Below the pieces are notes generated by a model, which saw only the letters and a list, made by a program, of their open reading frames with translations, was not told the origin of the DNA and ran no database searches. Source: Octopus bimaculoides (lineage: Eukaryota). From it: 64,000 bases of DNA. The stretch is from positions 33,838,458 through 33,902,457 of the forward strand of contig NC_068995.1 in NCBI RefSeq assembly GCF_001194135.2, read 5' to 3'. Positions 37,897-51,560 of this stretch are shown here, one piece after another (positions within the stretch are counted from its first letter, which is position 1; every line of letters begins with the position of its first letter). Made by a program: the position numbers and the translations under genes.

Positions 37897-38829
37897 TTTT
37901 TAGCCCTTATCTTCAATACACTGGAGTTGCAAACTTAGAATTGTAGAGCACCTAAAAGAATGGTATATTGTAAACTAGAATAGTATTGATACAGTGTTGA
38001 GGGCAAATTTTTTCATGGCAATTTGGATTTAGTCAATTTACTAGCAAACTGTATCCAAATGTCTGCTGGTTGTCATTGCTGACAAAATGTGAGATCCCTC
38101 TCACCATCAAAATTAAAAATTGAAATATTTGTAATTAAACTTATCGGAGTTATTAATTTCACCAATGCTTTTATCTGTAAGTTTAAGTAAATCTACAACT
38201 ATCAGGTGATATATTCCTGAATATGTAAATTGTCCTACATTGGATTTGAACTATGAATATTTATATTTCTCACCAGAAAAAGGTATTAACAATCTAATTT
38301 CCTGGCTATCATCAAATGTACAGTTATTAGTCCACAATTTTTCAGTAGTGGCATTGCTAGCCTCATTGAGTAGATTATTAACCAGCACTATACATATGCA
38401 CCAGAATGCTTCAGAACACAACAGCAGTGAACCTGATTAAAATGTCAAGAAACAAAGAATATAATGATGGAAGTAATTGTCTAGAAAACTTTTTTGATAA
38501 ATGTTCAAGCTGTTGATTGAGTTCAGTAAAAATTCTTGACAGAAGATTTGAATGAACAGTGAGTTATTGGGAGAAAACCCATTTAACTGGCTCTTTTGCA
38601 CATATTCATTAAGAAAGTAGGTTTATTTTTTCTAATCATAAATAATCTCTCATAAGGACAATAGGTTGGAAATAACTGGTCACTGAAGTCATTGGTTCAT
38701 ATAAATGATGGCTAATTAACTAATTCTAGGCTTCTTACTTCACTGGAAACTTCATTCACAAAAAATTGTGTAACTGTTTGCTCATTTGCCCTGCATCACC
38801 TTGTTTTTTTTTAGAGTTGATCCTTAGGC

Positions 38830-39090
38830 TTGAGAAAAGCTAATCTGTGCAGCCTGCAGGAGATTGTGGCAAAAAGAGGAGTGAGACTTTCAGGTCATGT
38901 TTTCCAACTGCAAGAAGAATGACTACCAAAGACGGCTACACAATGAGTACTGTGAGAGATTAAAAAAAAGAGAGGGTGATTCATGAAGACATGTGTCACT
39001 TTCAAAGAAGATCTGAAGCAATTTAGCATCACCTGGGAGGATGCAGGCAACTGTGCGCAAAACCAAGATGATTGGAGATGTCTTACAGCC
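38830..39090 (+). mobile_element. Old RTE-clade LINE 3' fragment
   Basis: Degenerate LQEIVAKR.VRL.GHV...FKEDLK..SITWEDAGNCAQNQDDWRCL. Confidence 0.55.
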
Positions 39091-39509
39091 TGATTTACAG
39101 GCTAGCTGTGAGGGAAGAACTAAGTCTCTTCTTATTAAATCTATATAATAAATCTTTTGCTGCAACAATACAAACCCATTTCCTGTCAGAGTAAATTTAT
39201 CCTACTTAAATTCTATGCCTTTTGACAAATGGAAAAGATATTGTGTGAGAGCTTGAGAATTTAAAATATGCTATAGCCATTATACTGTGTCCCAATACTA
39301 CATTACTTAACCTGGTCCAGCTAGTTATGACCTAGCAGTTTATGGTACAGTGATTTGTAGAAATGAGGACATGTGGTTATAATAACACTACCCTAACAAT
39401 GAAAATATTTTGACTTTTAGAATCATTAGAAAATTTTTTCTAAATCACTTTCTTTAAGTCTTTTCACTCTGAGAGATGAAGATAACTAAGAAAAGTTGTA
39501 ATTAACATT

Positions 39510-40090
39510 TAACTCTTTAACATTTAAACCAGCCACATCTGGCCCTTATATTCTACATGTTTTATGTTCAAATCAATCAGATCTAACCTCTCACACTTAC
39601 TCAACAATAACATTCTAAGAATAATGCAAAAGGCATCGGAGGGGTGATGCATACCCTGCACGCAAATAAATTTGTTTTCACAAATTAGTGTGGCTTACAA
39701 TGCATTGCATACTAATGCTTTTTAATTGACCTAAATTCATATGAAAAAGTGAACAAAATAATATGACCACTTGCCTATTGGGAAATTTATAAGTTTGATT
39801 TTTTTTTTTAAAATTTGTTTTTTTTAAGATAATCAAACCAAATGTTCATTGTTTCAAGCCACTCACCCAATGTGTATTTCTGCCAAGTGTGGTGAAATCC
39901 ATTCAGCCGTTTTCCAGTAATTTTGCAGACAGACAGACAAAAAATAAGGGATTACAATACCCTGCTTTCACATGTGCAGGGTAAACATAAGTGAAATCTC
40001 GAAGCTACAAGATAATGCATGATTAACTCAAAGCAATGTGAATAAATAAGCATTACATTTGACAGAGTAGTTTGAATGCTAATGGGTTAA
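39510..40090 (+). mobile_element. TTAA-flanked (piggyBac-like) MITE, split by an inserted element
   Basis: TTAActctttaacattt...aatgctaatggGTTAA. Collinear with copies at 11630-11820, 20540-20718, 27470-27620 and 46754-46978. Confidence 0.75.
39625..39985 (+). mobile_element. Non-autonomous Helentron/DINE-1-like element
   Basis: 5' subterminal gggtgatgcataccc palindrome, internal (CAGA)n, and a 3' subterminal hairpin CCCTGC-tttcacatgt-GCAGGG followed by taaa. No terminal IR. Confidence 0.6.
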
Positions 40091-42598
40091 GCTGTAAATG
40101 TGTGGACATACTTTCAACATTCCTTCAGTCTAACTTACTGAAAATATGTATGTAGGTTTTGCTTGAACAGAGTTGTCTGAAGTCACACAATAAAAATATA
40201 AAAGTTTTTTTTTTTTTTCTGTTAGCTGTTAGTAATGCATGAACATTCTGGTGTGAAATAATCTATTTTCTATACAAATGTTTAAAGCTGCAAAGCTACT
40301 GATATCTTAAAAGATTGGTGGGGAAAAAAATTAGATGGAAAATATGTTAAATTACCAACTAAATAAAAGATACATGAAAGAAAGTAAAATAATTGTTTAC
40401 ACTAGACCTTCAAAATATGATACAGAATTTTTCTTAATTTTATTTCCTAAAAATTGGATCGAGAAAAAAACAAAAAAACTGAAGCAAATAAACACTTATG
40501 AACTCAAACTATTTATGCTCTGGAAATTGATTAAAATTGATTAAAATTGATTAAAACCCAATTTGACAAAACTATAGTTATCCAGCTCTTTACTCATAAA
40601 TCATTTTGGAAACAAAATTTAAACAGTACCACTAATCTGCCTGAGATGTTTAAGGATCCATGTATTTCAAATGGAATTAGGTGGTTTTGGTGGACTATAA
40701 TGTCTGAAAGATTTACAACTTTAATTTTAGGATGAACAATATGTAACGTGGAGTGTTAAGTAAAAGTACCAACATTGTAAAATATATTTGGATAATAAGA
40801 GGGAGAACAACTGCAACTCATACTTTGTTTTGGATTAAATCCATGAATTTATATTTTACAGTGATACCTCGCAGTATGAGTTTAATTCGTTCCATGACCG
40901 AATTCATCTTGCGATTTACTCGTTTTACAAATCAATTCTCCCCATTGAAATTAACTAAAATATTATTAATCCATTCCAGCCCCACAAAACCACCCAAAAA
41001 TGATGTTTTTATGGATATTAAAACAGAAAAGGTGTAGTTACAAGTAAAATGACAATTATAAATAAAAAAAAAAAGAGAATGTAAAAGAAATATGTAAACT
41101 GGTTTTATTAACTGAATTACCTTAAAGATTGGATGATTTCTGTGCTCGTACTACAGATTTCTGCTTGTACTTCAAGACAAAAATTTGCACAAGTCTTGGC
41201 TCGTACAGCAAATTACTCGTACAATGATGCACTCGTACTACAAGGTACTACTGCACATACATTTTTACATGCTAATATGGGTTGGACAGATCTTTCTGTC
41301 TTATCTCCTGTCATAATCCTGTGTCATTTGTCACATGGGTCACAGAAAAATCACCAATCTCTTGCTACTAACGTATTCAGTAGGTACTCTTCCCATTGCT
41401 AACCACTCCTACAGCATGGACTGGGTGCGTTTTATAGCATCACTAGTATGAGGAATTTCAAGTTTGTACCAGTGTTTTTATTCAGTTACTGTTTACTTGA
41501 AAATGTAGCCCAGCTGGAGCTTGCAAACACTTGTTTTCTTCATTTCTTCCTTCCCTCTTTTGTAGGGAATGATTTTTATAGCTGGATACCTTTTCTATAA
41601 GCCACCAGGTAGCTTGTGCACCTTTAGCAAAATCTATTCTGTTGCAAACATTCAGGTCAAGTACCAGGTTTGAGGAAATCATCCTCCCTCTGCCACTGGT
41701 CTTGGAAGCCTTGAAAAAGAATATGAGCACTGCCTTCTCACTTCACTTAAAAATCAGAAAAACAAAACAAAAATTTCACAAACTGGAATGTGTATATTTT
41801 ATTGTACCTCCCCACAATAAAGGAAGGTTATCTTTAACACTAAAGATTTCTCCCGCTCCTCTACACCACTTCTCTTTAGTCTCCATTGGAATAGTTCTCA
41901 ACAGCTACTTTTAATTACATACATAAACACACATGTATAAGTTCAGTGTGAGAAAGACCACCAAACTCAAGCTCGGTTCCTGGAAGTTATTTTCAAGTCC
42001 AACCCATGCTAGCATGGGAAAATGTGTGCATGTACCCTAAATCTACACCGTGTTTCTACATAATATGTAATAAGCCTACACATTCACACACTATTGTGGC
42101 AGATTTATATTTTGACAGATGTTTTTCCCTGTGTTAACTACATATGAGCTTTGCAGCAAGAATGATGCCTATTGTCAGCCAGGTAGACTGAAATAAACAT
42201 TGTAATGCACCTTCCCAAAAACAGAACATAAGATATGTAAATTTTAGGTGATTAGTAGTTAGGCAATGAAACCTTACAGCCACTGCAGTTTACTAAATTT
42301 CATGACACAATTTTAACAACTGACTGATTCGATCTTTTATTTTTATGTGTTTGAGTTGTGCCAGTTATGGTCAAACTGACTAGTTCAATATAATGCAATT
42401 ATTGATTTCTTAAACAAGGCAAAAGCTTTATAGAGACAGAAAATGGAGCAGATTCATGTCAACGTTGAGGACACTAGAAGCCTAAGGTGAACAACTAAAA
42501 TGGTTTGTAGGCTTGGCTAACTGTATCAGTGTTTAGTGATAATTTTGGTAAAAGGATTAAAATTCATATCTAATAATATGTATATAAGTGTGACTGAG

Positions 42599-42629
<31 letters not shown>

Positions 42630-42889
42630 AAGCTGCCTTTCATTAACTTCAGAAGTCAAAACTCATCTCTAAAGGTGACACTAAATTGTGTAACCTGTTA
42701 CTTCGAGTATGTAGTCTGAAGATACGAAATTGAAAGTGTAAGACATACGGAAGGAAGAAGAGAATTGTTCCTATGTAAATCTTGTTTAACAAAGCACTGA
42801 CACAAGGTTGTTCAACTTGATGAAATAGCAGCTAGTTCTCTCACAATCACAGCCTTCTACCTTAAAGGTTTTATTGAATATAGGTCCTA

Positions 42890-43190
42890 ATAAAGACCCA
42901 CCCCACTTTGGTCACAAATGACCATAAGATTGCACCAAGAAAGTTCCCCTCCAGGCAAGGCTGTTTGTGGATGACCAGCATACCAGTCTCCCCTCTCCAT
43001 GCCACCAATGTTGTCCAAGGGAAAGACCAATACAGCTTGGCACTATTGACATCGCAATTCTATTCTACAGCTGAGTGAACTGGAGCAACACAAAATAAAG
43101 TGTCTAGCTCAAGAACACAACACAGCCTGGTCTAGGAATGAAACAATTGTAAGCACGATGCTCTAATAACTGAGCCATGCACCTTAACTA
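42890..43190 (-). mobile_element. SINE, family C (core acagctgagtgaactggagcaac...gtgtctagctcaagaacacaac)
   Basis: Related copy at about 1100-1265; tRNA-like head toward 43190. Confidence 0.55.
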
Positions 43191-44117
43191 ATATATATTA
43201 TACATATATATATATCAACTAATATATAATATACATATATATATTAATATATATTATACATACATATATATATATATCATTGTTTTAACCTATGCTTGCA
43301 TGGGTCAGATAAAATTTGTCAAAACAAATTTTCTATTGCCAAATGATCTTTCTGTTGCCATCCATCACCTGTTTCCAAAATTACCCTCCTTGGTCCTTCA
43401 AACAAGCAGCAGAAAGAAGGCAAAATGTTTTCTTGGAAGAATGTAGATGAAGGATGATACTTGTTTACAATTAGTTCACAATGCCTAGACAAGGAGACAT
43501 GAACACACACACATTATATATAATAAGCTTCTTTCTGTTTCTGTCTCTTGTATGCACTGAGAAAGCATTGGTTGGCCCGAAGCTGTAGTAAAAGGCACTG
43601 GCTCTAGATCATGCAGTGGGACTGAATACAAAAACTACAGTTAAGACGTTCATTTTGTAACCAGTTATACTTGTGTGTGTCATCCATCTAATGCTCACTT
43701 TTCTACTGAGGTAGATTTTTGTATGGCCAGAAATCCTTCCTGGTCACCAACTCACACCTTTTTTTCCAAGTAAGATAATATTTCCTCTTTGCTGGACAGG
43801 TTTTCATGGAAGACTGGAAACAAAAATGATATGAATCATATGACAGTGACACTTGCTTACAACTAACTACCATGAGATGTCAAGATGAGGAGACACAAAT
43901 AACAGACTTCTTTCCATCGGTTAAATCCACTCACAAAGTTTTGGTTGGCCTGGGACTATAGTAGAAGACTCTACCCAAGATGCCATGCAGTGGGACTGGA
44001 TCAGATCATGTGGTGGGGAAGCACTTCCTAACAACACCTATGCTTCAACAATGTTTGAGTTTCATTATGACGAGCAGAAAACTGTCTGAAGTGTAGTGTC
44101 TGCTAGTATATATAATT

Positions 44118-44149
<32 letters not shown>

Positions 44150-44150
44150 T

Positions 44151-44181
<31 letters not shown>

Positions 44182-44999
44182 AATATATATATAAAAAAAA
44201 CATAAATAATATAAATAATATATATACAAGGTACATATTTGAAAGTAATTGTTTCCAACAAAGTCTTTTCACTTACATGCGTACACATGTATGTAGCAAT
44301 TAAATGTGGTTACTAAATTTAGAAATACTGGACAATTTTGAAACAGTTTCATCTAACAGTTTGAAAAGTTAAGGCTGGAAGACAAGCAATGCCATTATTT
44401 AACACTATAGTAAGCTGATCTGCTGTAAGTGGTCTCTTCCTCAACCACCTCTTAAATGACAACTCTGTTGATTAGGATATTATATTGTTCACTTCTTCCC
44501 AAAGTCCTTCCACACGACTGTGGATCATAAAAGCAAAATGGTTATAATTATACTTCAAATAATGTATAAGCAACAATTTGAAAAAAGTCACATGACTACA
44601 ACAGCAATGCTGGAGTCAAGTTGGTATTATAATAAGTAATTATATAATACAATAACATCTATTCAGAATGAAACAAATTAGTTGGCAAGTTTTTCCAATT
44701 TGAAGTCTACTTTCAAAGAGGATGAATTCAATATAAACTAAGAATCCATATTCACATTTAAAAAAGGGGGGTAAATAAAGTAGAGTGGTTACTACATTTT
44801 TAACTTTAATAACCAGTGGATTTAATATGGGAAGAGAAATGTCTATGCCTAAAATGGAATCAAGGCAGAAGTGAAGAAAATACAATAATATTCAAAAGAG
44901 AATATAATAATATTCAAATTTTGCCACAAGGGCAGCCATTTTGCGGGAAGGGGTGAATCAATTACATTATTGTGCACTGCCCCCACCACATACACCACT

Positions 45000-45300
45000 G
45001 AAATGAAGCCCCACCTGCTCGATCAACTGGTTACTAGGTTTCATTCGATATTCTTCCAGCCATTGTTCATCATCTCTTTAACCAAATCCAGTGGCTTGCC
45101 TTCTCCACTGTAGTCTGGATGTCACTCCTGATGGTATTTGCTTTATAAGTTAGGCCTAGCGACAACAATTGCCTCATACTGTATCCAGCTTTGATTGGAA
45201 AATCCTCAGCTTTCCAGCCTGTGTCTTCACTGTGAGGAGGTTTTTATAATAGCTGATCTTTCAAGTTCCAAGCAGCATCCATGAAGAAAATGAGAGCATT
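45000..45300 (-). mobile_element. 3' fragment of a HERO/NeSL-like (R2 superfamily, RLE) non-LTR retrotransposon
   Basis: EDTGWKAEDFPIKAG...IQTTVEKASHWIWLKR resembles the RLE C-terminal pattern GW...FP.EVG..G...A(E)KASxWxWLKR. Confidence 0.6.
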
Positions 45301-46753
45301 CTGAAGAACAAAACTGTAGTATTTGGAATAAAAGTTGGAGACAGATCAACATGGTTGGCTGTTGTGGTGTTATCTAAGGTCATCTTTTCCTTTCCTTTAA
45401 CATGTTTTACATACCAGTATCGCTAAGAAGTAAATTTTGAGGCAGGATTTTTCTGGCTGGATGCACTTCCTGGTGGCAATCCATACTAGTTTTTCATGAA
45501 AGGGATTTTTATTCCAGAAGAATTTTCCCCATTTTACTTCTTTTCTGTCTTGTAAGTTACATGACAACTTTATCTCAGCGCTGGTGGCATGAATAAAGCA
45601 CCCAGCACACACTGTAAAGTGGTTGGTGTTAGGAAGGGCATCCAGCCATAGAAACCATGCCAATGATGACACTGAAGCTTGATACAACCCTGCAGCTTGC
45701 CAGTTCCCTGTTAAACTGTCATATCCATGCATGCCAGGATGGAAAGTGGATGTATGATGATGATAATGATGGATTCAAGAGTACAGAGAAAGCAGGTTAT
45801 CTTATTGACAAGCAATATCAACAAACTTTACTGGTTGTAGCTTAATCCAAAATGATGCTATCTGTACTCAGTGTAGTTTTGTAAAATTTCACACAAATAT
45901 GCAAACAATATGCAATGGATTTCTTTCAGTTTCAATCTTCCAAATTCCCTATCAAGGCATTAATCAGTGCTGTGCAGTGGGATTGAACCAAAAGTCATAT
46001 AGGTAAGAAGTGAACTTCATAAGCACACAGCTATGGACTGCTGCTTTTATTAGTAACAAAATCATTTGCTCTATCAGAGTCCCATGCACATAGCATAAAT
46101 GACAGATAGTAACCAGAGTAGAAGTAGTCAATGGAAAACTTGTGACGTTAAGCCAAATTTTATAAATTTTATGTCCCACAGATAAAAACAATACAGCTAG
46201 AATATATAATTTGACCATCTTGAAGTTTCTACATTCTCATAACGTAAACTATATATAAACACACATACACACAAATATCAAACAATGAGAATGAGTGTTC
46301 AACACCACACTGGTGGTTAAAGATTCTTAAGGATATCATTGGTTTCATGTTAAGAACAACCTCAACAATTATCAAGCATAATGAAACATCAGTGTCTCCA
46401 TTTTGGATAAAAGCATATAAAACATATCTTGTGAGTGAAAATGGTAAATGGAAACTGTATAGAAGCTTGTCATATGTCTGTATTTGTGTGAATGTTTAAA
46501 TTCCTTACTGGTATAAAAAGTGTTGAGCAAAAGCTAGTGAGCTTTAGTGAGATCCCCAGTCAACAAATCATTTGCTGGTTCAGTGCTTCCGAAGAATATG
46601 TGGAATAAATTACCCTTACTTGGAAATCAGGTAAGAATTAGTGACAAGAAGGCATCCAGCTGTTAAAAAATATCTCAGTTAACATATATGTCTAACCCAT
46701 GATGGCAAATGAACAAGCAATTGATATAAGATTAGGGTCCTAGAGATATTTCT

Positions 46754-46978
46754 TAACTCTTTAGCATTCAGATTATTCTGCCAAATGTAATGCTTATTTA
46801 TTCACATTGTTTCGAATGAATCATGCATTATCTTGGAGCTTTGAGAAGTTGATGATGCAATTGTTTATTTTTTCAGAATGACATTGTAGGGTATGTATGA
46901 GAGGCCAGATTTGGCCAGTTTGAGCATAAAACAGATAGAATTTTTGGGCCAGATATGGCCAGTTTAAATGTTAAATGG
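46754..46978 (-). mobile_element. Near-complete copy of the TTAA-type MITE
   Basis: ttaactctttagcattc...tttaaatgttaaatggg; reverse complement of the 11630 and 39510 copies. Confidence 0.75.
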
Positions 46979-47499
46979 GGATTCTCAATGCAGAAAGCAG
47001 TTATTCTCAGGAAAAATAACTACACAGTTACACTCTTGCAAAGATTTGCTAGAGCTTCATTGTCATAGAAGTTAAACTATATTATTGCTCATGAATTTAT
47101 AGAAAATTTACACTGTCAAAAATGATTAATGAGCCTAAAGATTAAACTTCACACAAATAAGCTAATTTATTTTATGGCATTGGCAAGTCCTATAGACACT
47201 TAAAACAGGAAGAATTTCCTGAACTTATTTGGAATTTCCAATTTCAAGGAGTCAGTATCCAACCACAGACATGTTTCAAACCTCAGAAGCTATTAACTAA
47301 AAATATCCCTTTAACCTTTTATAATAGTGATTGGTCTACTATAGGTCTGTGTATATATACACATACACACACATATAAGAGCATGGTACTCATGTCCTCA
47401 TGCAATTCTACAATATATAAAACAGATAAAGAAGAAGCATTTAGAAGATATTTTCCAAAATTAATAATTCATCACTAAAATAAAACCTAGTAATTAACA

Positions 47500-50400
47500 A
47501 TAAAACATCACAAAACTGAAGTAGTTACTGTTTATCATTAGGACATAATTTTATTCAAACAGGCAGGCAATCTTGTTATTTTGAGGTCTGTTAGGATTGT
47601 TGCAATTATACAGGAGTGATGAATTAATATGTTGTCATCAAGGGATGTATCATTTGTTATATTTACTAATGTGAGAGAATGACACATCCAAGATATATCA
47701 GTTAAGTCTTAGATTCAGGAGCACAAGATCAGTGGCTCATTAGAACTGACTCTCCACTGCAACTTGATATAGAATGTGGCAGTAAACGAATATCCCAATC
47801 ACTTCTCAACTAACCAATTGCTTTTAATGACGAGTCATTTGATCTTTCCAGTGTTGAATGATATGTGATCTTTGAACCATAAAAGACAATCTATTACTCA
47901 TTAAAGCAAGTGGAGTTCTTCATTCAATTGTTTATCTTATGTTTTGTAATATCAACCCATTGTAATATTTTGTCCTTCTGATGGTGTAGTTTGACTTTCA
48001 CGAACATTTCATTTTCTTGGAAATTCTAAAAATATTGCGTTTTTTAACTGAGTGTTACTGTACTATAAATAGAGCAAGGAGCACCACACGAGGTGAATAA
48101 GATATATTGAAGGATACTTTAAGAAATTACTTTTCTTTAGGTAAATTTGAAAGTAATGCTTAAATTAATCAAGCACAGTAAATTGTATGTTTACCTTTTT
48201 ATTAATTAGTTTGGGTCTTCTAATGACAATTGCTGCGAAAGTTTTGTTGATAATATAAGTTGATCAGTTGTAATTTTGATGAACCTGATACACTCAATGA
48301 AAATTCAACATTTTGAAGGTTTGTCAAATAAGTTATTAAATTGGGGATCAACACATGCAGTAGAAACAGCTAAAAGGTGGAAGTTTAGTTTTAAATTTAA
48401 TCTGAAGTCGTCAATATTGTGATAATGCCAAAACTCCCAAGTTGGCAGAATGAGATTCCGTAAACCACAAAAACTCCATTTACAACATGTCAATTGTTTA
48501 CTTCAATTTTTTAACAATTATTTTTCAATTAAGCTTGTTTCTGTTATAGACCATACCTTCTGAACATGATTCAGGACTATGAATTAATACTAGCTTTTCT
48601 AGAATGTCTTCATGAATCAAAAATAATTTCCTGTCACTGATCATTTACAGCACAAAAAAGAAATTTCCACTTGAAGGAATGATACTGTTAATACTATTAG
48701 TTTTCAAGATTCCTTCACAAAATGCTGAGTCATCTGACAAGACATTGTTTATCAAGAGGACATTCTGTACAACCATGTACTGTCCCTGATCCATATCAAA
48801 AGCATCCTTAACCTAAACTGAAGTTGATTTTCTATCAAAACCACAAGGATTATAGTCATAGTAATGCTGACTATAACACTAGTAGTGGACTCTTTTGCAC
48901 AAACAATAGATATAGCATTCTACAACATAAAAGCTTTTCCCCCCAACTTGACAAAACTATCTTTTCACTAGCTTCCTTGTTTAACTCTTAGTATAATGTC
49001 TTTTCTGTAAATGATAAGAGGAAATCTACAAAATTTTGATATCTATCAAAGAGAACTGACACAAGAATTATTAGTAGGTTGCCCAGGCAGTTGATTCATT
49101 GAACATGGTGTTGTTTGTTCACTAAGTATAGTTTCACCACTGATAAAATTAGACAACGAAATTTTTGCTCTTGAATACGCAATGCCATCTTTAGCCATCT
49201 CATTTGTTGTTTTTCAAGCCACTGCAGTAACTGGCTGCTGACTTAACAGAAATAAATCCAATTCATTATTCTCATCTAGTACCATAAGATATCTTTCAAA
49301 CTTGATAATAAATTTATCAAAAATCTCTACAGAATTATAATAATTAAATCAGAAAGGTTGATTCTTAGTGATGACATAATTTGTTGAAGGATGAAAATTG
49401 TTTTAATCCAAAATTTCAATAAGTCAATATGTAACTAACTTTAGATGTAATTCACACTTGGTAAGTTGTCATCTAGTGAAGTCACACTATCCACCTTTTA
49501 TAATAAATAGTAAGCTACTCAATGACAGGCCAGTACACATATGTACAGGACTTTCATGATCTCACAATTCTACAGTTACCAATAAACATAAGACAATTAT
49601 ATAAAACCCAATAAAAAATACACACAACAGAGGAGAGAAGATGACAGGTTTATACAAACTTCACCCCAGGTTATGTATGTGTATATAATGTATACATGGG
49701 ACAAAAGTGTTATATAGTTTCAATAGTTATAGCTTTTACCAAGCTAGCCATTATTTCATTATTAGTCACACTCTTTCAGATAAGACAAAGATTGGATTTA
49801 CATTCAAAATGTAGAGTAAAAATCACTGCTCGAGTTTGGCGAGTTTGATTTATAAAGTTAGAACAATTAGAAATCTTTATTTGTAAAGTTGAGAACAAGA
49901 CTGACATTTCCATTAAGAAACCAGTATTTATGTCATTTGTTTAAATGGCATAACGAAAACACTGAAGTTGTTTGCAGTTAACCAAGATATGTGCTGGACC
50001 TATTAATTATTCAGGAGCATTTGATCAATGAGCTCTAAACCATATGTTTACTCAGCTAAAGCCAACTGGGATTATGGAGCAACAAAATCAGTTTTATATC
50101 ACATCATTTATAGGAGATGGTAACAGAAAAAAAATTACATTCTTAAAAAAAAAAAAAAATTAAAATTCTGAAGTAAATCAGACAATGTTTTAATGTCCAC
50201 TTTTACCAAGGGTCAGGTGACTAATTGAGATACTTATTTCTTTGATCTTTCAAATGACAAACTACTCAATGGTTGGACATGTTTTTGCAACAGCTGTAAA
50301 CAATAACACCACCAATGACACTTGTGATATTTTTTCATGCAGCATCGTTTATCTTTTATTTGTTTCAGTCATTTGACTGCAGTCATGCTGGGACACCGTC

Positions 50401-51247
50401 TCGAAGGGTTTTAGTTGAACAAATCGACCCCTGACTTTATTCTATAGATCTCTTTAGCTGGACCGCTAAGTTACGGGAACATAAACAAACCAACACCGGT
50501 TGTCAAGCGCTGGTGGTGGAGGACAGACAAATATACATATAAACATACATGCACACACACACACACACGACGAGCTTCTTTCAGTTTCCGTCTAGCTAAT
50601 CTACTCACGAGGCTTTGGTCAGCCCGAGGTTATAGCAAAGAACACTTGTTCAAGGTGCCATGCAGTGGGACTGAACCCGGAATCATGTGGTTGGGAAGCA
50701 AGCTTCTTACCAAACAACCACGCCTGCATGTACACAATTTGAAGGCACAAACACACACATCAAACTCGTGCACATTCTACGTCGTTCTGTAGTTTCCAAT
50801 TTCACTCACAAGCCATTGGTCAGTCCAAGAGTATAGAAAACATTTGCCTACTGTGCCAACCAAGACGAAACAATTTTTTTTTAAACTACGTTCTTGGAGT
50901 CAATATCAACCATATGTATCCCTCAGCGAGTATCACTAACCAAAAATAGGTACCATAATCTTAGACTTGAAATTTCATGTCTGCCCAGAGCATGGGCAAA
51001 GTCATATTCCTTCCTAACATTTTATAGGATGTCAGAGTAGATGGTACCCAACCTGCATTGCTGAATAGAGACTTGTGGGTCCGTGATAACACTCGGATAT
51101 CAGAAGCACAAACCTCACTCAGACTGAGACCAGCTGCGAGAAGACATGAATTGGGAATCTCTGTAACTAATGCATTTAGAGACTTTCCTTCTAAAAGTCA
51201 GCGGTCACTACTGGTGGACTTTCGTTTTCAAGTGAGAGAGCAGCCAT
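47500..51247 (-). pseudogene. Putative disrupted multi-exon gene nested in CSP intron 1 (product not recognised)
   Basis: E1 51247-51053 reads MAALSLENESPPVVTADF/LEGKSLNALVTEIPNSCLLAAGLSLSEVCASDIRVLSRTHKSLFSNA if one base is restored in a T4 run. E2 50935-50890 (117-nt GT-AG intron) continues in phase as VILAEGYIWLILTPR. E3 50293-50207 is phase-compatible but has 2 stops. Further repeat-free, protein-like stretches with stops at 49241-48195 and below 48062 are separated by a 132-nt GT-AG intron. Confidence 0.45.
50352..50727 (-). mobile_element. SINE family A
   Basis: Collinear with 16219-16605; several CpGs retained. Confidence 0.85.
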
Positions 51248-51560
51248 TCTTAATTTGATTAAATATTCTCCGAGATAAAACAAGGCAGCTAAGCGGGAAT
51301 ACACCATCGCTACCCGAACCTTTAAGGGTGGCTTCCATTTAGGTGAAATTGATAGAGACGTTTAAATAAAAAAACGAAGCTGAGAAGTTTAACCTAACCC
51401 TCGGTCCAACTATGATGGCTTTAATGCTCTTCCAATTGCTAGGTGACCTGACGCCTATAAGAACTTCATATTCCATTAATGCGAATTCCCTCGATCGCTG
51501 AGGTATCTGGCGCTGTAACGGTGACGTTATTCACATCTAGACCCCCCGCTCCAAAAAAAA
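51050..51560. promoter_or_regulatory. CpG-rich, promoter-like patch inside CSP intron 1
   Basis: About 20 CpGs in about 500 bp of non-repetitive sequence, against strong CpG depletion elsewhere. It overlaps and lies upstream of the putative nested ATG at 51247. Confidence 0.5.
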
